A stretch of DNA of 64,000 nt from an uncultured Gemmatimonadales bacterium (GTDB lineage: Bacteria > Gemmatimonadota > Gemmatimonadetes > Longimicrobiales > RSA9): positions 32,001 to 96,000 of the forward strand of contig CAWAMW010000007.1 of the NCBI GenBank assembly GCA_963783305.1. The letters are read 5' to 3'. Positions 26,967 through 37,431 of the stretch are shown here, in pieces. Positions within the stretch are counted from its first letter, which is position 1. Each line of letters starts with the position of its first letter. The notes under the pieces are model-generated. The model made no database searches and was not told the DNA's origin. It was given only the letters and a program-made list of their open reading frames with translations. Position numbers and translations under genes: made by a program.

Positions 26967-28768
26967 GGCCGGAGCTCGGCTTCGAGCCGACGCCGGACCT
27001 CCCGCTGGTGCTCCGTGGTCCCCCCCGCCGGGATGATGACCTCCAGCACGCCGCCCGTCTCCCGCAGCTCCTCCTGAGCGGCGGCGAGCGATCCCGCATC
27101 ATGGGCGCGGGCGAAGGGCAGCCCGAACGCGGCGGCGGCCGCGCCGAAGTCCACCCCGGGCGGCGTCAGCCACGCGGCGTGGGCATCCGGGTGGGCGGCC
27201 AGTGTATCGGCCAGCGGCAGACGCTCGAAGATGCGCCCGCCCCCGTTGTTCAGCACCACGACCGTTAGGGGGGCGGGGAGGTCGCCAGCGCTGGCGAGGC
27301 CGCCAATGTCGTGCGTGAAGCTGACGTCGCCCAGCAGCAGCGTCGTGGGCCGGCCCGTCGCTGTGGCGGCCCCCGCCGCGCCCGAGATGAGGCCATCGAT
27401 CCCGTTGGCGCCGCGCTGGAACCACACCCCGAGGCCGCGATCGCCCGCGGGCACGAACGTGTCCACTTCCCGGATCGGCAGGCTGTTGCCCAGCGCCAGC
27501 ACGGCGCCCCGGGGCAGCCCGTCCACCACCGCCCGCACCGCGGCGCCCTCGGAGAACCCATCGGCGAGGGCGTTCTCGATGATCGACCGGGCGCGGCCGC
27601 TCCGCTGACGGAGCTCGTCCTTCCACGAGGTCCGGTCGGCCGCGGCGTCGCTGCTTTCGGCCCCGATGGCCCGGCCGCCGCCCTCGAGCTCACGGACCAG
27701 CGCCCGGAGTGTTTCCTCTACCGCCCCGTGAATGACGGCCGTGGCCGTGCCCGACGGGTCCGGCCAGCCGTGCGCGGCGAGGATGTAGCGGTCGGTCCCG
27801 GTCCAGCGGTCCACCGCCGCGTGCCAGGCGGACGCGGTGGGTGGGCGCCCGACCTGGAGGACGAGATCCGGCGCCAGCGCCTCCACGAGTGCCGGCACCT
27901 CCAGCAGCGATCCGAAGGCGTCCATGAGCGCACTCGCCTCCAGGCCGCCGAACGGAAGCTGGCTGGCGGCCTCGGCGGCCACCGGGAACCCTGTCGCTCG
28001 CGCGACTTCGGCGATGGTCTCCGGCGTCACCGCCTCGGGCGGCGTGGCCGGGCCGCACACAATCAGGCCCCGGCGCGCGTCCCTGCACGCGACCGCCAGG
28101 GCGTGGACTGCGTCGGTGTCGGGTGGGGCCGCGCCGGGGCGCGCGCCGGCCGGCACTCGATCCAGGAGGCTGTCCACCGCGGCCCGCAGCGTCCGCTCCG
28201 GTTCCGTGCCCGGTTCCACGGGGTCCAGCGGTTTCCGGGCGCGGGCGTTCAGGTGCACGGGTCCTGGCACCGGCGAACGCGACGCGAGCACCGCCTGCGC
28301 GGCGATCCGCGGGATCGCCCGGAGCACGCGGGGGTCCGGGTCGGGGGTCCCCAGGTCGAAGTAGGCCCGGGCGAAGTCGCCGAACATCTTCACCTGGTCG
28401 ATGGTCTGGGGCGCGGCGGCCGCCTGGAGCTCGAGGGGCCGGTCGGCGGTGAGGACCAGGAGCGGGATCGCGCTCTCGGCGGCCTCTACCAGGGCGGGGA
28501 AATAGTTGGCGGCCGCGCTCCCGGAGGTGCACACCAGGAGGACGGGTCGGCCGGTCATGCGGGCGTGGCCCAGGGCGAAGAACGCAGCGGAACGCTCGTC
28601 GATCAGCGTCCGGCAGCGGAGCCCCGGCTCCCGAAGCGCGGCCCAGGTGAAGGGCGTGGAGCGGGAGCCCGGGCTCAGGACCACGTCGCGCAGCCCTGCC
28701 GCACGGAGGCTCCCCAGCAGGAGCCGCGCCCACTCGGTGAGGAGCGTCGCCGGGGGCGTCACTCCCAC
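26963..28768 (-). CDS. menD: SEPHCHC synthase (ThDP-dependent)
   Basis: SPGSRSTP, IDERSAAFFALG, CTSGSAAAN, TADRP, QRGANGIDG, GDVSF...NNGGGRIF. Confidence 0.97.
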   Translation of the reverse strand: MGVTPPATLLTEWARLLLGSLRAAGLRDVVLSPGSRSTPFTWAALREPGLRCRTLIDERSAAFFALGHARMTGRPVLLVCTSGSAAANYFPALVEAAESAIPLLVLTADRPLELQAAAAPQTIDQVKMFGDFARAYFDLGTPDPDPRVLRAIPRIAAQAVLASRSPVPGPVHLNARARKPLDPVEPGTEPERTLRAAVDSLLDRVPAGARPGAAPPDTDAVHALAVACRDARRGLIVCGPATPPEAVTPETIAEVARATGFPVAAEAASQLPFGGLEASALMDAFGSLLEVPALVEALAPDLVLQVGRPPTASAWHAAVDRWTGTDRYILAAHGWPDPSGTATAVIHGAVEETLRALVRELEGGGRAIGAESSDAAADRTSWKDELRQRSGRARSIIENALADGFSEGAAVRAVVDGLPRGAVLALGNSLPIREVDTFVPAGDRGLGVWFQRGANGIDGLISGAAGAATATGRPTTLLLGDVSFTHDIGGLASAGDLPAPLTVVVLNNGGGRIFERLPLADTLAAHPDAHAAWLTPPGVDFGAAAAAFGLPFARAHDAGSLAAAQEELRETGGVLEVIIPAGGTTEHQREVRRRLEAELRP

Positions 28769-28772
28769 CTCG

Positions 28773-30182
28773 TCACGCCGACTCCAGCGCGTCCATCATG
28801 GTCCGCAGCTTGACTTCGGTCTCCTCGTACTCGGCGGCGGCATCGGAGCCCGCCACGATACCGGCGCCGGCGAACAGGTGCGCCCGGCCGTCGTGGATCA
28901 GCGCGGAGCGCAGCGCGACGCCGAACTCCCCATCACCCCGGTCGTCGAACCAGCCCACGGGGGCCGCGTACCACCCCCTCGACCCCGACTCCTCCCGGTC
29001 GATCCACTCCAGCGCCTCCGACCGCGGCCAGCCGCCTACCGCGGGGGTGGGGTGCATCCGCTCCACCAGGTCCAGGACGTGGACCGCGCTCCGCAGCCGC
29101 CCCACGAACGGCGTCTGGAGGTGCAGCACGTGCCGCAGCCGCTGGACCCGCGGCTCGGCCGGATATTCCAGGAGGTCGCAGAGCGGCTCCAGAGCGTCCA
29201 CGATCGCGCGCACCACGTAGTCGTGCTCGACCTCCTCCTTCAGGCTCTTCAGGAGTCGCTCCTCCCGCTCCGGCGAGTCGGCCGAGACCGATCCTGCCAG
29301 CGCCTCCGTACGCACCTCGTCCCCGAAACGCCCCACGAGCCGCTCCGGGGTGGCTCCCAGGAAGATGTCGCCACCCATCAGGAAAGCGAAACGCGCGGCC
29401 GTGGACGACTCGAGCTTCAGCCGCCGAAGCATTCCCACCACGTCCGGATCCCGCGATACCGCCACGTCGCGGCTCCGCGCCGCGACGATCTTCTCCGCCT
29501 GCCCCGCGGCGATCCGCTCCTGGATGGACTCCACCGCCCGCGCCCACGCCTCGCGGTCCTGGGGATGCGGCCGAGCCGACGCTCCGCCGCTCCGGCTCCC
29601 CGCCGACGCCGCGTCCTCCCGCAGCTCGCGCTCGCGCGGGTCGTCGGGCGCGTTCAGCTCCCCCAGGACCTCGCGGACGTCCTCGGCGATCTCCGCCGCG
29701 CCGCGTCCGTGGAGCTCGTCGTGGGCGACCGCGATCGACACGAGGGCGCGCTCTCCATCGAGCGTGTAGAGGAGGCGGGGAAGGATGAACGTGGCGTCGC
29801 CGAACGCGCGCCAGTGGCCGGTCGGCGACCCGGGCAGGAAGGACAGCCCACCGAAGAGGCGCGGCCGCAGCTCCGGGGCGTCCGGGTGGGTGATGCGGTC
29901 AATGCGCGGCCAGAGCGATGCGGCCCCTTCGCGAATATCGCGGAACCGATCCGCGCCGGTCGCCGCGAGCGTGTGCGCGGACCCGAGCCCGGTCTGGATG
30001 GGAGCGCCCGGCGTCGTCCAGAAGACCGCCGGCTCAGCGCGCCGCACCAGCCGCTCCGGCGCGCCCGCCGGGGCAGGAACGGTGATCATCGTGATCCGGT
30101 CGCGCCCCGCGTCCGCCCCCGCCCCCTCCTCGGCGACCCGCTGGAGCGTGGCCTCGATGAACCGGGCCGCGGCCGCGGTCAT
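28773..30182 (-). CDS. menF: Isochorismate synthase
   Basis: KIVAARS, GATPERL, EALAGS, EH..VV, HLQTP, MHPTPAVGG, RGWYAAPVGW, ALRSAL, FAGAGIV. Confidence 0.93.
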   Translation of the reverse strand: MTAAAARFIEATLQRVAEEGAGADAGRDRITMITVPAPAGAPERLVRRAEPAVFWTTPGAPIQTGLGSAHTLAATGADRFRDIREGAASLWPRIDRITHPDAPELRPRLFGGLSFLPGSPTGHWRAFGDATFILPRLLYTLDGERALVSIAVAHDELHGRGAAEIAEDVREVLGELNAPDDPRERELREDAASAGSRSGGASARPHPQDREAWARAVESIQERIAAGQAEKIVAARSRDVAVSRDPDVVGMLRRLKLESSTAARFAFLMGGDIFLGATPERLVGRFGDEVRTEALAGSVSADSPEREERLLKSLKEEVEHDYVVRAIVDALEPLCDLLEYPAEPRVQRLRHVLHLQTPFVGRLRSAVHVLDLVERMHPTPAVGGWPRSEALEWIDREESGSRGWYAAPVGWFDDRGDGEFGVALRSALIHDGRAHLFAGAGIVAGSDAAAEYEETEVKLRTMMDALESA

Positions 30183-30895
30183 GGACGCGGCCGCTCGGCG
30201 ACGTAGAGGTGGCAGACGCCCAGGATCATCCGCTCGATCCGCACCATCTCGAGACCCGCCTCCTCCATGGTCCTGGCGAACTCTTCGGCGGGCGGGAAGG
30301 CCGCGATCGACTGCTGGAGGTAGCCGTACTCGCGGGCGCCGGACAGGAGCCCGCCGATCCATGGCACGAGCCGGTGGACGTGGAACCGGGCGATGCGGCT
30401 GATGAGCCCCCCCCGGGGCTCCGAGAGCTCGAGCACCGCCACACGGCCCCCCGGTCGCGTCACTCGCCGCATTTCCCGCAGCGCGCGCGGCCGGTCCGGC
30501 ACGTTCCGGATTCCGAACGCGATGGTTACGCCGTCGAAGCTGTCCTCGGGGAAGGGGAGCTTCTGGGCGTCGCCCGTGATGAGCTCCACGCGGTCGTCGA
30601 GGTGGGCCCGGGCGGTCTTCTCCCGTCCGACCGCAAGCATCCGCTCGGCGGGGTCCAGTCCAACCACGCGGACGGCTGGTCCCTGCCGGGCGATGAGGAG
30701 GGCCAGGTCGGCGGTCCCCGTAGCCAGGTCGAGCACCCGGGAGGGGCCATCCAGCGCCAGCGCGCGCACGGTGCGGCGGCGCCAGCGCTGGTCGATGCCC
30801 AGCGACAGGACGCGATTCAGCAGGTCGTATCGGTGGGCGATCCGGTCGAACATCTCGCCGGACCCCGCCCGCGGCTCCGGCCGCTCCGGCGTCAC
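30179..30895 (-). CDS. menG: Demethylmenaquinone methyltransferase
   Basis: [49 protein letters not shown]. Confidence 0.93.
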   Translation of the reverse strand: MTPERPEPRAGSGEMFDRIAHRYDLLNRVLSLGIDQRWRRRTVRALALDGPSRVLDLATGTADLALLIARQGPAVRVVGLDPAERMLAVGREKTARAHLDDRVELITGDAQKLPFPEDSFDGVTIAFGIRNVPDRPRALREMRRVTRPGGRVAVLELSEPRGGLISRIARFHVHRLVPWIGGLLSGAREYGYLQQSIAAFPPAEEFARTMEEAGLEMVRIERMILGVCHLYVAERPRP

Positions 30896-31872
30896 GATCG
30901 GGTCCCGCCGAGCACGGCCGTAGCCAGCTCGGCGAAATCGTCGAGCGGAAGCGCCTGCGAGGCGTCGCTCAATGCGCTCCCGGGGGTGGGGTGTGTCTCC
31001 ACCATGACGCCGGCGGCGCCCGCGGCGATGGCGGCGCGGCTCAGCGGCAGCAGCAGGTCGCGGCGGCCGGTAGCATGAGACGGGTCCACAATGACAGGCA
31101 GCCCGTAAACGCCCGCGAGCAGCGCTACGGCGCCCAGGTCCAGCAGGTTCCGGGTGCTGGGGTCGAAGCTGCGGATCCCGCGTTCGCAGAAGACCACGCC
31201 GCTCGCGCCATGATTCAGACAGTACTCCCCCGCCAGCAGCCACTCCTCGATCGTGGCGGCCATTCCGCGCTTGAGCAGGATCGGCCGCCCCTGCTCGGCG
31301 GCCGCCGCGAGCAGGACGGAATTGTGCATGTTCCGGGACCCGATCTGGATCATGTCGGCCTCACGCCCGAGCCGCTCCGCCTGATCGGCGCCCAGCAGTT
31401 CCGTCACCACCTTCAGCCCCGCCGCATCGGCCGCCTCGCGCATCCACGTGAGCGCGCTCGCGCCCCGCCCCTGGAACGCATATGGCGACGTGCGCGTCTT
31501 GAACGCGCCGCCCCGCAGGAACGTCACGCCCAGCTCGCCCAGCCGCGTCGCCACCGTGTGGATCTGCTCCTCGGACTCCACGCTGCACGGGCCCGCCATG
31601 AGGACCGGGGCGCCGGCGCCGTCGATGGTCACGCCCGACACGTCCACGGCCGCGCCCTGCGCGTCCACGAGCGGATGCGGCGAGGCTTCCGCGGTCACGG
31701 TCCCCACCCCGTCGATCGATCGGAGCGCCGCAATGGCCACGCGCGCCGAGCCCGGTTCCACGTAGTACTGCACCCGGCCGCCGGCCTCCAGGCGCCGGAA
31801 CCAGAGCCCCAGCCCGGCCAGCTCCCGCTGCACCGCCGCCGGCTCCGCTTCCGGTGTGAGTGTGACGATCAG
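30892..31872 (-). CDS. aroF: Type I-beta DAHP synthase with N-terminal ACT-like domain; probable CTG start
   Basis: [59 protein letters not shown]. Confidence 0.92.
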   Translation of the reverse strand: MIVTLTPEAEPAAVQRELAGLGLWFRRLEAGGRVQYYVEPGSARVAIAALRSIDGVGTVTAEASPHPLVDAQGAAVDVSGVTIDGAGAPVLMAGPCSVESEEQIHTVATRLGELGVTFLRGGAFKTRTSPYAFQGRGASALTWMREAADAAGLKVVTELLGADQAERLGREADMIQIGSRNMHNSVLLAAAAEQGRPILLKRGMAATIEEWLLAGEYCLNHGASGVVFCERGIRSFDPSTRNLLDLGAVALLAGVYGLPVIVDPSHATGRRDLLLPLSRAAIAAGAAGVMVETHPTPGSALSDASQALPLDDFAELATAVLGGTRS

Positions 31873-31929
31873 TTTCGGCCTCTTTCCCCTCGTGCTCGCG
31901 CCGCGGTCGCTCCGCGGGGCGCGTGGCGA

Positions 31930-31957
31930 AACGTACCATAGAGAGGGGTCGCGTCAA
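31930..31957 (-). promoter_or_regulatory. Candidate sigma70 promoter of the aroF-men operon
   Basis: Minus strand TTGACG-N16-TACGTT with an extended TGn element. Confidence 0.5.
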
Positions 31958-32051
31958 CCCCGCCGCCCGCGCCTCGCGCTGGCGCGGCGGCCCCCCTATG
32001 ATTCCTCGGGACCATCGACCATTGACGCGGGCTTTCCCGCTGGAGGCGCAT

Positions 32052-33503
32052 ATGACGTTCGTCCGAGACCTCGAGCCCCAGGCTCTCTGGAGCCACTTCG
32101 ACCGCATCCTCGAAATCCCCCGCGGCTCCAAGGAAGAGGACGCCATGCGGGCGTACGTCGTGGAAGTGGCCGATCGAAACGGGCTGGACCACCAGGTGGA
32201 CGGGGCCGGGAACGTCGTCGTGAAGAAACCCGCCGCCCCGGGGCACGAGGACGCCGCCGTCACCATCCTCCAGAGCCACTTGGACATGGTGAACGAGAAG
32301 AATGCCGACGTGGATCACGACTTCGGCTCGGATCCCATCCGGCCCGATCGCGCGGGCGAATGGCTGAAGGCGCAGGGCACCACGCTCGGCGCTGACAACG
32401 GCATCGGCGTTGCGGCCATGCTCGCCATCATGGAGGCGGACGACATCCAGCACGGCCCCCTCGAGCTCCTCTTCACCATCGACGAGGAGAGCGGGCTCAC
32501 CGGCGCGGCGCAGCTGGACGGCTCGATCCTCGACGGCCGCCAGCTCCTCAACCTCGACACCGAGGAGGAGAACGCCGTCACCGTGGGTTGCGCGGGGGGC
32601 GGGGACAGCCACCTGAAGCTCCCCGTCACCCGCACCGATCCACCCGCTGACGCGGCGGCCGTCACGCTCTCGCTCCGCGGCCTCAAGGGCGGCCACTCCG
32701 GGATCGACATCAACCTCCAGCGCGGGAACGCCGTGCGACTCCTGGCGCGGATCCTCGAAATCGCGGGCCGCGGCGCCACGCTGCACCTGGCCGCTTTCGA
32801 CGGCGGGGACAAGCACAACGCCATCCCACGCGAGTCGCGCGCTACGGTCGTCCTGCCGGCCGCGCAGGTGGAGGAGCTCCGGAAGTGCGCGCAGGACGAG
32901 TTCAGCGCCATCCGGAGCGCGTTCGGGGCCGCGGAGCCGGACATGGAGATCGTCGTGGAGGAGGCCGCCGTTCCGGACGCGGTCCTGGACGAGGCCAGTA
33001 CGTGGACCGCGCTCCATCTGCTCACCGCGCTACCGCACGGCGTGGAGTCCATGAGCTACGACATCCCGGGGCTCGTGGAGACGAGCAACAACGTGGCCCG
33101 GGCCACTCTCGGGTTCGACACGCTCGAGATCCTGACCAGCACGCGCTCCTCCGTGTCCAGCGAGCTGGAGGCGCTCCGCGGCCGCATCCGCGCCATGGCC
33201 CACCTGGCCGGCGCCGACATCGAGGAGGCCGACGCCTACCCGGGCTGGAAGCCGGATCTGGGATCCCACGTCCTCCAGGTGCTCAAGGACGCGTTCGAGG
33301 AACAGCGTGGGACGGAGCCGCACGTCGAGGCGGTCCACGCGGGACTCGAAACCGGGATCATCGGCGAGAAGGTGCCCGGGATGGACATGGTCTCCTTCGG
33401 GCCCCAGATCGAGTCGCCCCACTCGCCGGACGAGCGGGTTCACATCGATTCCGTCGGACGCTTCTACACCCTCCTGCTCGGCACCCTGGAGCGGCTGGCG
33501 TAG
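32052..33503 (+). CDS. pepD: Aminoacyl-histidine dipeptidase (M20C)
   Basis: IPRGSKEE, QSHLDMV, GTTLGADNGIG, DEESG, LNLDTEE, GGHSG, HAGLE, SFGP, HSPDE; GGAGG RBS. Confidence 0.95.
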   Translation: MTFVRDLEPQALWSHFDRILEIPRGSKEEDAMRAYVVEVADRNGLDHQVDGAGNVVVKKPAAPGHEDAAVTILQSHLDMVNEKNADVDHDFGSDPIRPDRAGEWLKAQGTTLGADNGIGVAAMLAIMEADDIQHGPLELLFTIDEESGLTGAAQLDGSILDGRQLLNLDTEEENAVTVGCAGGGDSHLKLPVTRTDPPADAAAVTLSLRGLKGGHSGIDINLQRGNAVRLLARILEIAGRGATLHLAAFDGGDKHNAIPRESRATVVLPAAQVEELRKCAQDEFSAIRSAFGAAEPDMEIVVEEAAVPDAVLDEASTWTALHLLTALPHGVESMSYDIPGLVETSNNVARATLGFDTLEILTSTRSSVSSELEALRGRIRAMAHLAGADIEEADAYPGWKPDLGSHVLQVLKDAFEEQRGTEPHVEAVHAGLETGIIGEKVPGMDMVSFGPQIESPHSPDERVHIDSVGRFYTLLLGTLERLA

Positions 33504-33509
33504 CGGGCG

Positions 33510-33545
33510 GGAAGCTGGACGGGCTGGCGGCCCGTCCAGCTTTCC
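33510..33545 (+). terminator. Hairpin after pepD (probable terminator)
   Basis: 12-bp perfect stem AGCTGGACGGGC/GCCCGTCCAGCT with only a short T run. Confidence 0.55.
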
Positions 33546-33625
33546 ACGACGGGAACGTTTGTTGCCAATGTTCCGGTGAGGCTGAAGGGGACCCGCCCCG
33601 GAGGCGCTGACCGTGAGCGCGTGGA

Positions 33626-36253
33626 ATGGAACTTCGGGAAAGCGTGGTCCGGTGGGGGTGGATCCTCCCATTGGTGGCGCTCGCGCTGCTGCTCGCGGGC
33701 ACGATCTACCTGGATCGGCAGAGTCATCAGCAGCTGGAGGCGCGGCGGTCCGCCGCATCGGCGGAGGCGGAGCGGGAGGCGGCGGCACTCGCGGAGGGGA
33801 TCGCCTCGGAGGTGTCCGGACGCGTGGGCGCCCTGGCAGCCGCCAAGCTCCAGTTCACCCAGGTCGAGGACTCGCTCTCGCAGCAGACGTTCGTCGAGGC
33901 CGTGGACAGCGTCATCGGACGGCTCCCCGGCCTGATGGCGGTGTCCATCGTCTATCCCAGCGGCTGGATCGTCTCGTCCCGCATGTCCGCGCTGGACCCG
34001 CGGAGCGATCCGCTCGCGCTCCCGGACCTGAAGGCCGCGTATGCGCGGGCGGCCGCGACCCGGCAGCCCGCCGCTACACCGGTACTCCCGCTCGGCGGAT
34101 ACCGTCGCGTAGTGCTGTTCGACCCCGTTGCACCCTCCGACACCGTCCCCATCCAGGCCATGCTCATGGCCGAGATCGAGCCGCTCCCCATCCTTCGCGC
34201 CGCCCTCGAGCAGGGCGGCAAGAAGCTGAGGCCGGCCTTCTACGACCTGTTCGACCCGTCGGGCCGCCGCATTACCACCGTTCCGGCCCCGGAGGGTTGG
34301 CCGTCCGTGCGCCACGACGTGAAGGTGGCGGACACCGAATGGAGCCTGTACGTGGCGCATCAGCCGGTGAGCGAGCGCTCCTTCCTCGCCACCATCACCG
34401 CGATCCGGGTGGCGGGCGGGCTCCTGGCGGTCGCGTTCTCCCTGCTCCTGCTCCTGCTCTGGCGGATGGTGACCGCCCAGCACGGCGAGATCCGGCTCCG
34501 GCGCGTGGCGGAGACGCAGGCGCGGGAGGTGAGCGATCAGCTTCGGGCCGCACAGGAGGCGTCGCTCCGTCTGTCCGGCGCCATGGACCCGGACCGTGTC
34601 ATCGAGGAGTTCCTCGGCGCGGTGGGGGTTGAGATCGGCGCGGACGTGGGGCGGATCTACGCCTTCGAGGAGAACGGGGACGTGCTCGTGGGCCGACGGC
34701 TGATTGTGCTGGACCCGGAGCTGTGGGAGGGCGCGGGGCCCAGCGAGCACGGCTTTCGGGATGTGCGCGTCCCCCTGGGCCTGATGCCCCACCTGGCTGA
34801 GCCCGTGGCAACGGGAGAGCCCTACCTGGCGGGCCCCGAAGCCAACATTACGCCGGGGTCGGAAGGTCGACCTTCCGCCAGCTCGACCCTGGTCGTGCCC
34901 CTGGCGCTGGGCGGGAACCTGGTGGGGCTCGCGGTCTGGGAGCGGCACCGGCCGGACGGTCGCTTCGAAGACCGCGCCATTCCGTTCGCGCAGGGCGTTG
35001 CCGCGCACGCCGCCGCCGCGCTCCAGGCCGCAGAGCTCATGGATGGCGTACGGCAGGCGCGCGAGAGGGCGCACAAGGAGGCCGTTCGGCTCGCCACCGT
35101 GCTGGACCAGATGGGCGATGGCGTCATCCTCTTCGATCAGGAGGGATATCCCGAGCGCGTGAACGCCGCCGCCGAGGCACTCCTCGGCCCCGCACTCTCC
35201 GATACGCACCTCGCCGACTGGCCGGGCGTGTTTCGGATCTCGAATACCGCTTCGGCCGGGTTCCCGCCGCTGCACGCCCTCGAGGGTCGGGCGGTAGAGG
35301 ACGTCCGGCTCACCATGCGGCACCACGGGCTCGAGCGGTACCTCGCCGTTTCCGCCGCGCCGATCCGTGGAGCGGAAGACTCCGTCCGCGGTGCCGCGCT
35401 CGTGTTCCGGGACGTCACCGCCGAGCACGAGTACGCGGAGATGCTGCGGTACACCAATCAGGAGCTGCGACAGCAGGCGACGTTGCTCGAGCGCACGAAC
35501 GATGAGCTACGCGCGGCCACCGCCGCCAAGGACCAGTTTCTCGCCATGATGAGCCACGAGCTGCGCACCCCCATCAACGCCATCATCGGCTACAGCGAGC
35601 TTCTGGCACTGGGGATCCATGGTGAGCTGGGCGAGCAGCAGCAGTGGATGCTCGGACGCGTACGCGACACGTCAGGACACCTTCTCGGGCTCATCGAGGA
35701 CGTGCTCGACCTGGCCAAGATCGGCGCGGGCCGCATCGACATGGAGATCCGCGAGGTCGAGCTCGCCCCGGTGCTGGAGCGGGCCAGCGCCCAGGTGCTC
35801 CCGCTCGCCGCGGAGAAGGGGCTCAGGATCGAACGCGCCGGCGCGGCCGGGATCCGCGTCATGGCCGACGAGATGCGGCTCCTCCAGATCCTGATCAATC
35901 TCGCCTCCAACGCCGTGAAGTTCACCGAGGAGGGCGGGGTCACCGTCCGGATCCGGGAATCCGACTACCACGCGTTGATCATCGTGGAGGACACCGGCCC
36001 GGGGATTCCACCCGACCAGCTGGAGCGCGTCTTCGACGAGTTCCATCAGGTGGACTCGGGACTCGCCAGGAAGGCCGGCGGGACCGGACTCGGCCTCACC
36101 ATCTCCCGGCGTCTCGCTCGCCTCATGGGCGGCGACCTCACTGTCGAGAGCACGGTCGGTTCGGGCACCGCATTCACCGCCCACGTGCCCCTCGTCCACA
36201 GACGCCCGACGGTCGTTGATGAACCAGCGGCACGGGGCAGGGACGCGGCCTAA
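33626..36253 (+). CDS. Membrane sensor histidine kinase (extracytoplasmic sensor, GAF, PAS, HisKA, HATPase)
   Basis: Two TM helices; FLAMMSHELRTPINAI H-box; NLASNAVKFT; DTGPGI; GTGLGL. Confidence 0.93.
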   Translation: MELRESVVRWGWILPLVALALLLAGTIYLDRQSHQQLEARRSAASAEAEREAAALAEGIASEVSGRVGALAAAKLQFTQVEDSLSQQTFVEAVDSVIGRLPGLMAVSIVYPSGWIVSSRMSALDPRSDPLALPDLKAAYARAAATRQPAATPVLPLGGYRRVVLFDPVAPSDTVPIQAMLMAEIEPLPILRAALEQGGKKLRPAFYDLFDPSGRRITTVPAPEGWPSVRHDVKVADTEWSLYVAHQPVSERSFLATITAIRVAGGLLAVAFSLLLLLLWRMVTAQHGEIRLRRVAETQAREVSDQLRAAQEASLRLSGAMDPDRVIEEFLGAVGVEIGADVGRIYAFEENGDVLVGRRLIVLDPELWEGAGPSEHGFRDVRVPLGLMPHLAEPVATGEPYLAGPEANITPGSEGRPSASSTLVVPLALGGNLVGLAVWERHRPDGRFEDRAIPFAQGVAAHAAAALQAAELMDGVRQARERAHKEAVRLATVLDQMGDGVILFDQEGYPERVNAAAEALLGPALSDTHLADWPGVFRISNTASAGFPPLHALEGRAVEDVRLTMRHHGLERYLAVSAAPIRGAEDSVRGAALVFRDVTAEHEYAEMLRYTNQELRQQATLLERTNDELRAATAAKDQFLAMMSHELRTPINAIIGYSELLALGIHGELGEQQQWMLGRVRDTSGHLLGLIEDVLDLAKIGAGRIDMEIREVELAPVLERASAQVLPLAAEKGLRIERAGAAGIRVMADEMRLLQILINLASNAVKFTEEGGVTVRIRESDYHALIIVEDTGPGIPPDQLERVFDEFHQVDSGLARKAGGTGLGLTISRRLARLMGGDLTVESTVGSGTAFTAHVPLVHRRPTVVDEPAARGRDAA

Positions 36254-37431
36254 CGCCGCCGACCCCGCAGTCGCACCAGCTCGTCCACCGAGAAGACCCG
36301 TCGACGGCCGTCCTCGCTCTCGTACAGGACCCGCGTCCACCCCTGCGTCCCCACCGGGACCCACCGTCGACCGTCCGCGACCAGCGGGCGCCGCGTGACG
36401 GCGTCCCGCATCGCCTGCTCGTACAGCGAACGGGGGATCGGGCGCCACAGGTCCGGCTCCCGCCATTCGCACAGACGTCCCACGTTTTCGTACGCCGCCG
36501 GCCGGTCCTCGAGGTCCAGTAGCGATGGGTGCTTGCCGAGGATGATCCGCTCCATCAGGTCCGCCGTGTCCGGCGCCGCCACCTCCCGGATTCGCGACCA
36601 CAGCCCGGCCACGGTCACCCGCGCGATCTCCCGGAGCGACACCCGCCGCCCGTCCCGCGTCGACCAGCGGTCCTCGTGCGGCGGGGTGGCGAACGGGTTC
36701 GCCTCGAAGCTCCCCGCCTGCGCCAACCAGCCCTTTCGCGATGTGTGCGGCACCGGCGTAAGCGTGCGGAGCCGCGGAAAGCCCCGCCGCTCCACCTCCT
36801 CCAGGTCGTGCCGGTCCCACGAAGCCACCTCCTGGACCGCCGCGACGATGAGCGCCGTTGCAGCGCTCATGAGCGCCGGGTCCGGTGTGAAGTCTACCGT
36901 CACCTCCATCCGGCCCGGCCGCGGGCGGAGACCCACGCCCGTGGAACGCCTGTTCGCGGCGAAGAGCATGACCGGGAACGGGAGCATGTGGACCAGCACC
37001 CACGCCATCTCCGAGAGCCGCGCGCCGTTCCGCAGCCGCGGGAGCGAGACGTTGTAGTGCGCGCTGAAGCCCACCAGCCGCGCAGCCCGCCCGTCGCCGT
37101 CCGTCCACCGATCCAGACCCTCCCGCACCGTCGCGATTCCCTCCCAGAGGGACCGCACCACCCGCGACGGCGCCCCGCTCTCCAGCTCGATCACAGGCGT
37201 GACCAGCTCGATCACACCGGTATCGAAATACACCGCACCCGCGGTGGGCAGGTGGTAGGACGTGCCGATCCGGTGCATTGCCTCGGCACCGATGAAGGTC
37301 CGCGGGTCACCGAACGCTTCCGCCGGGTCCACCGGCTCCTCGTCCAGCAGGCAGACGAACTCCGCCTCCAGACCCACCGCCGCCCGCTCCGGCTCCTCGC
37401 TTCCGCGCCCCGCTGCCTCGTGCTTCTTCAT
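36250..37431 (-). CDS. PafA/Dop-like carboxylate-amine ligase (glutamine synthetase / gamma-glutamylcysteine ligase fold)
   Basis: VGLEAEF (GxExE), LPTAGAVYFDTGVIELVTP, GFSAHYNVS, LRPRPGRMEVT. Confidence 0.7.
   Translation of the reverse strand: MKKHEAAGRGSEEPERAAVGLEAEFVCLLDEEPVDPAEAFGDPRTFIGAEAMHRIGTSYHLPTAGAVYFDTGVIELVTPVIELESGAPSRVVRSLWEGIATVREGLDRWTDGDGRAARLVGFSAHYNVSLPRLRNGARLSEMAWVLVHMLPFPVMLFAANRRSTGVGLRPRPGRMEVTVDFTPDPALMSAATALIVAAVQEVASWDRHDLEEVERRGFPRLRTLTPVPHTSRKGWLAQAGSFEANPFATPPHEDRWSTRDGRRVSLREIARVTVAGLWSRIREVAAPDTADLMERIILGKHPSLLDLEDRPAAYENVGRLCEWREPDLWRPIPRSLYEQAMRDAVTRRPLVADGRRWVPVGTQGWTRVLYESEDGRRRVFSVDELVRLRGRRR

Noticed and set aside
36250..37431. Canonical Pup/UBact-proteasome locus
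   Set aside because: No small GGE/GGQ-ending tag ORF, ARC ATPase or proteasome subunit genes seen in the window
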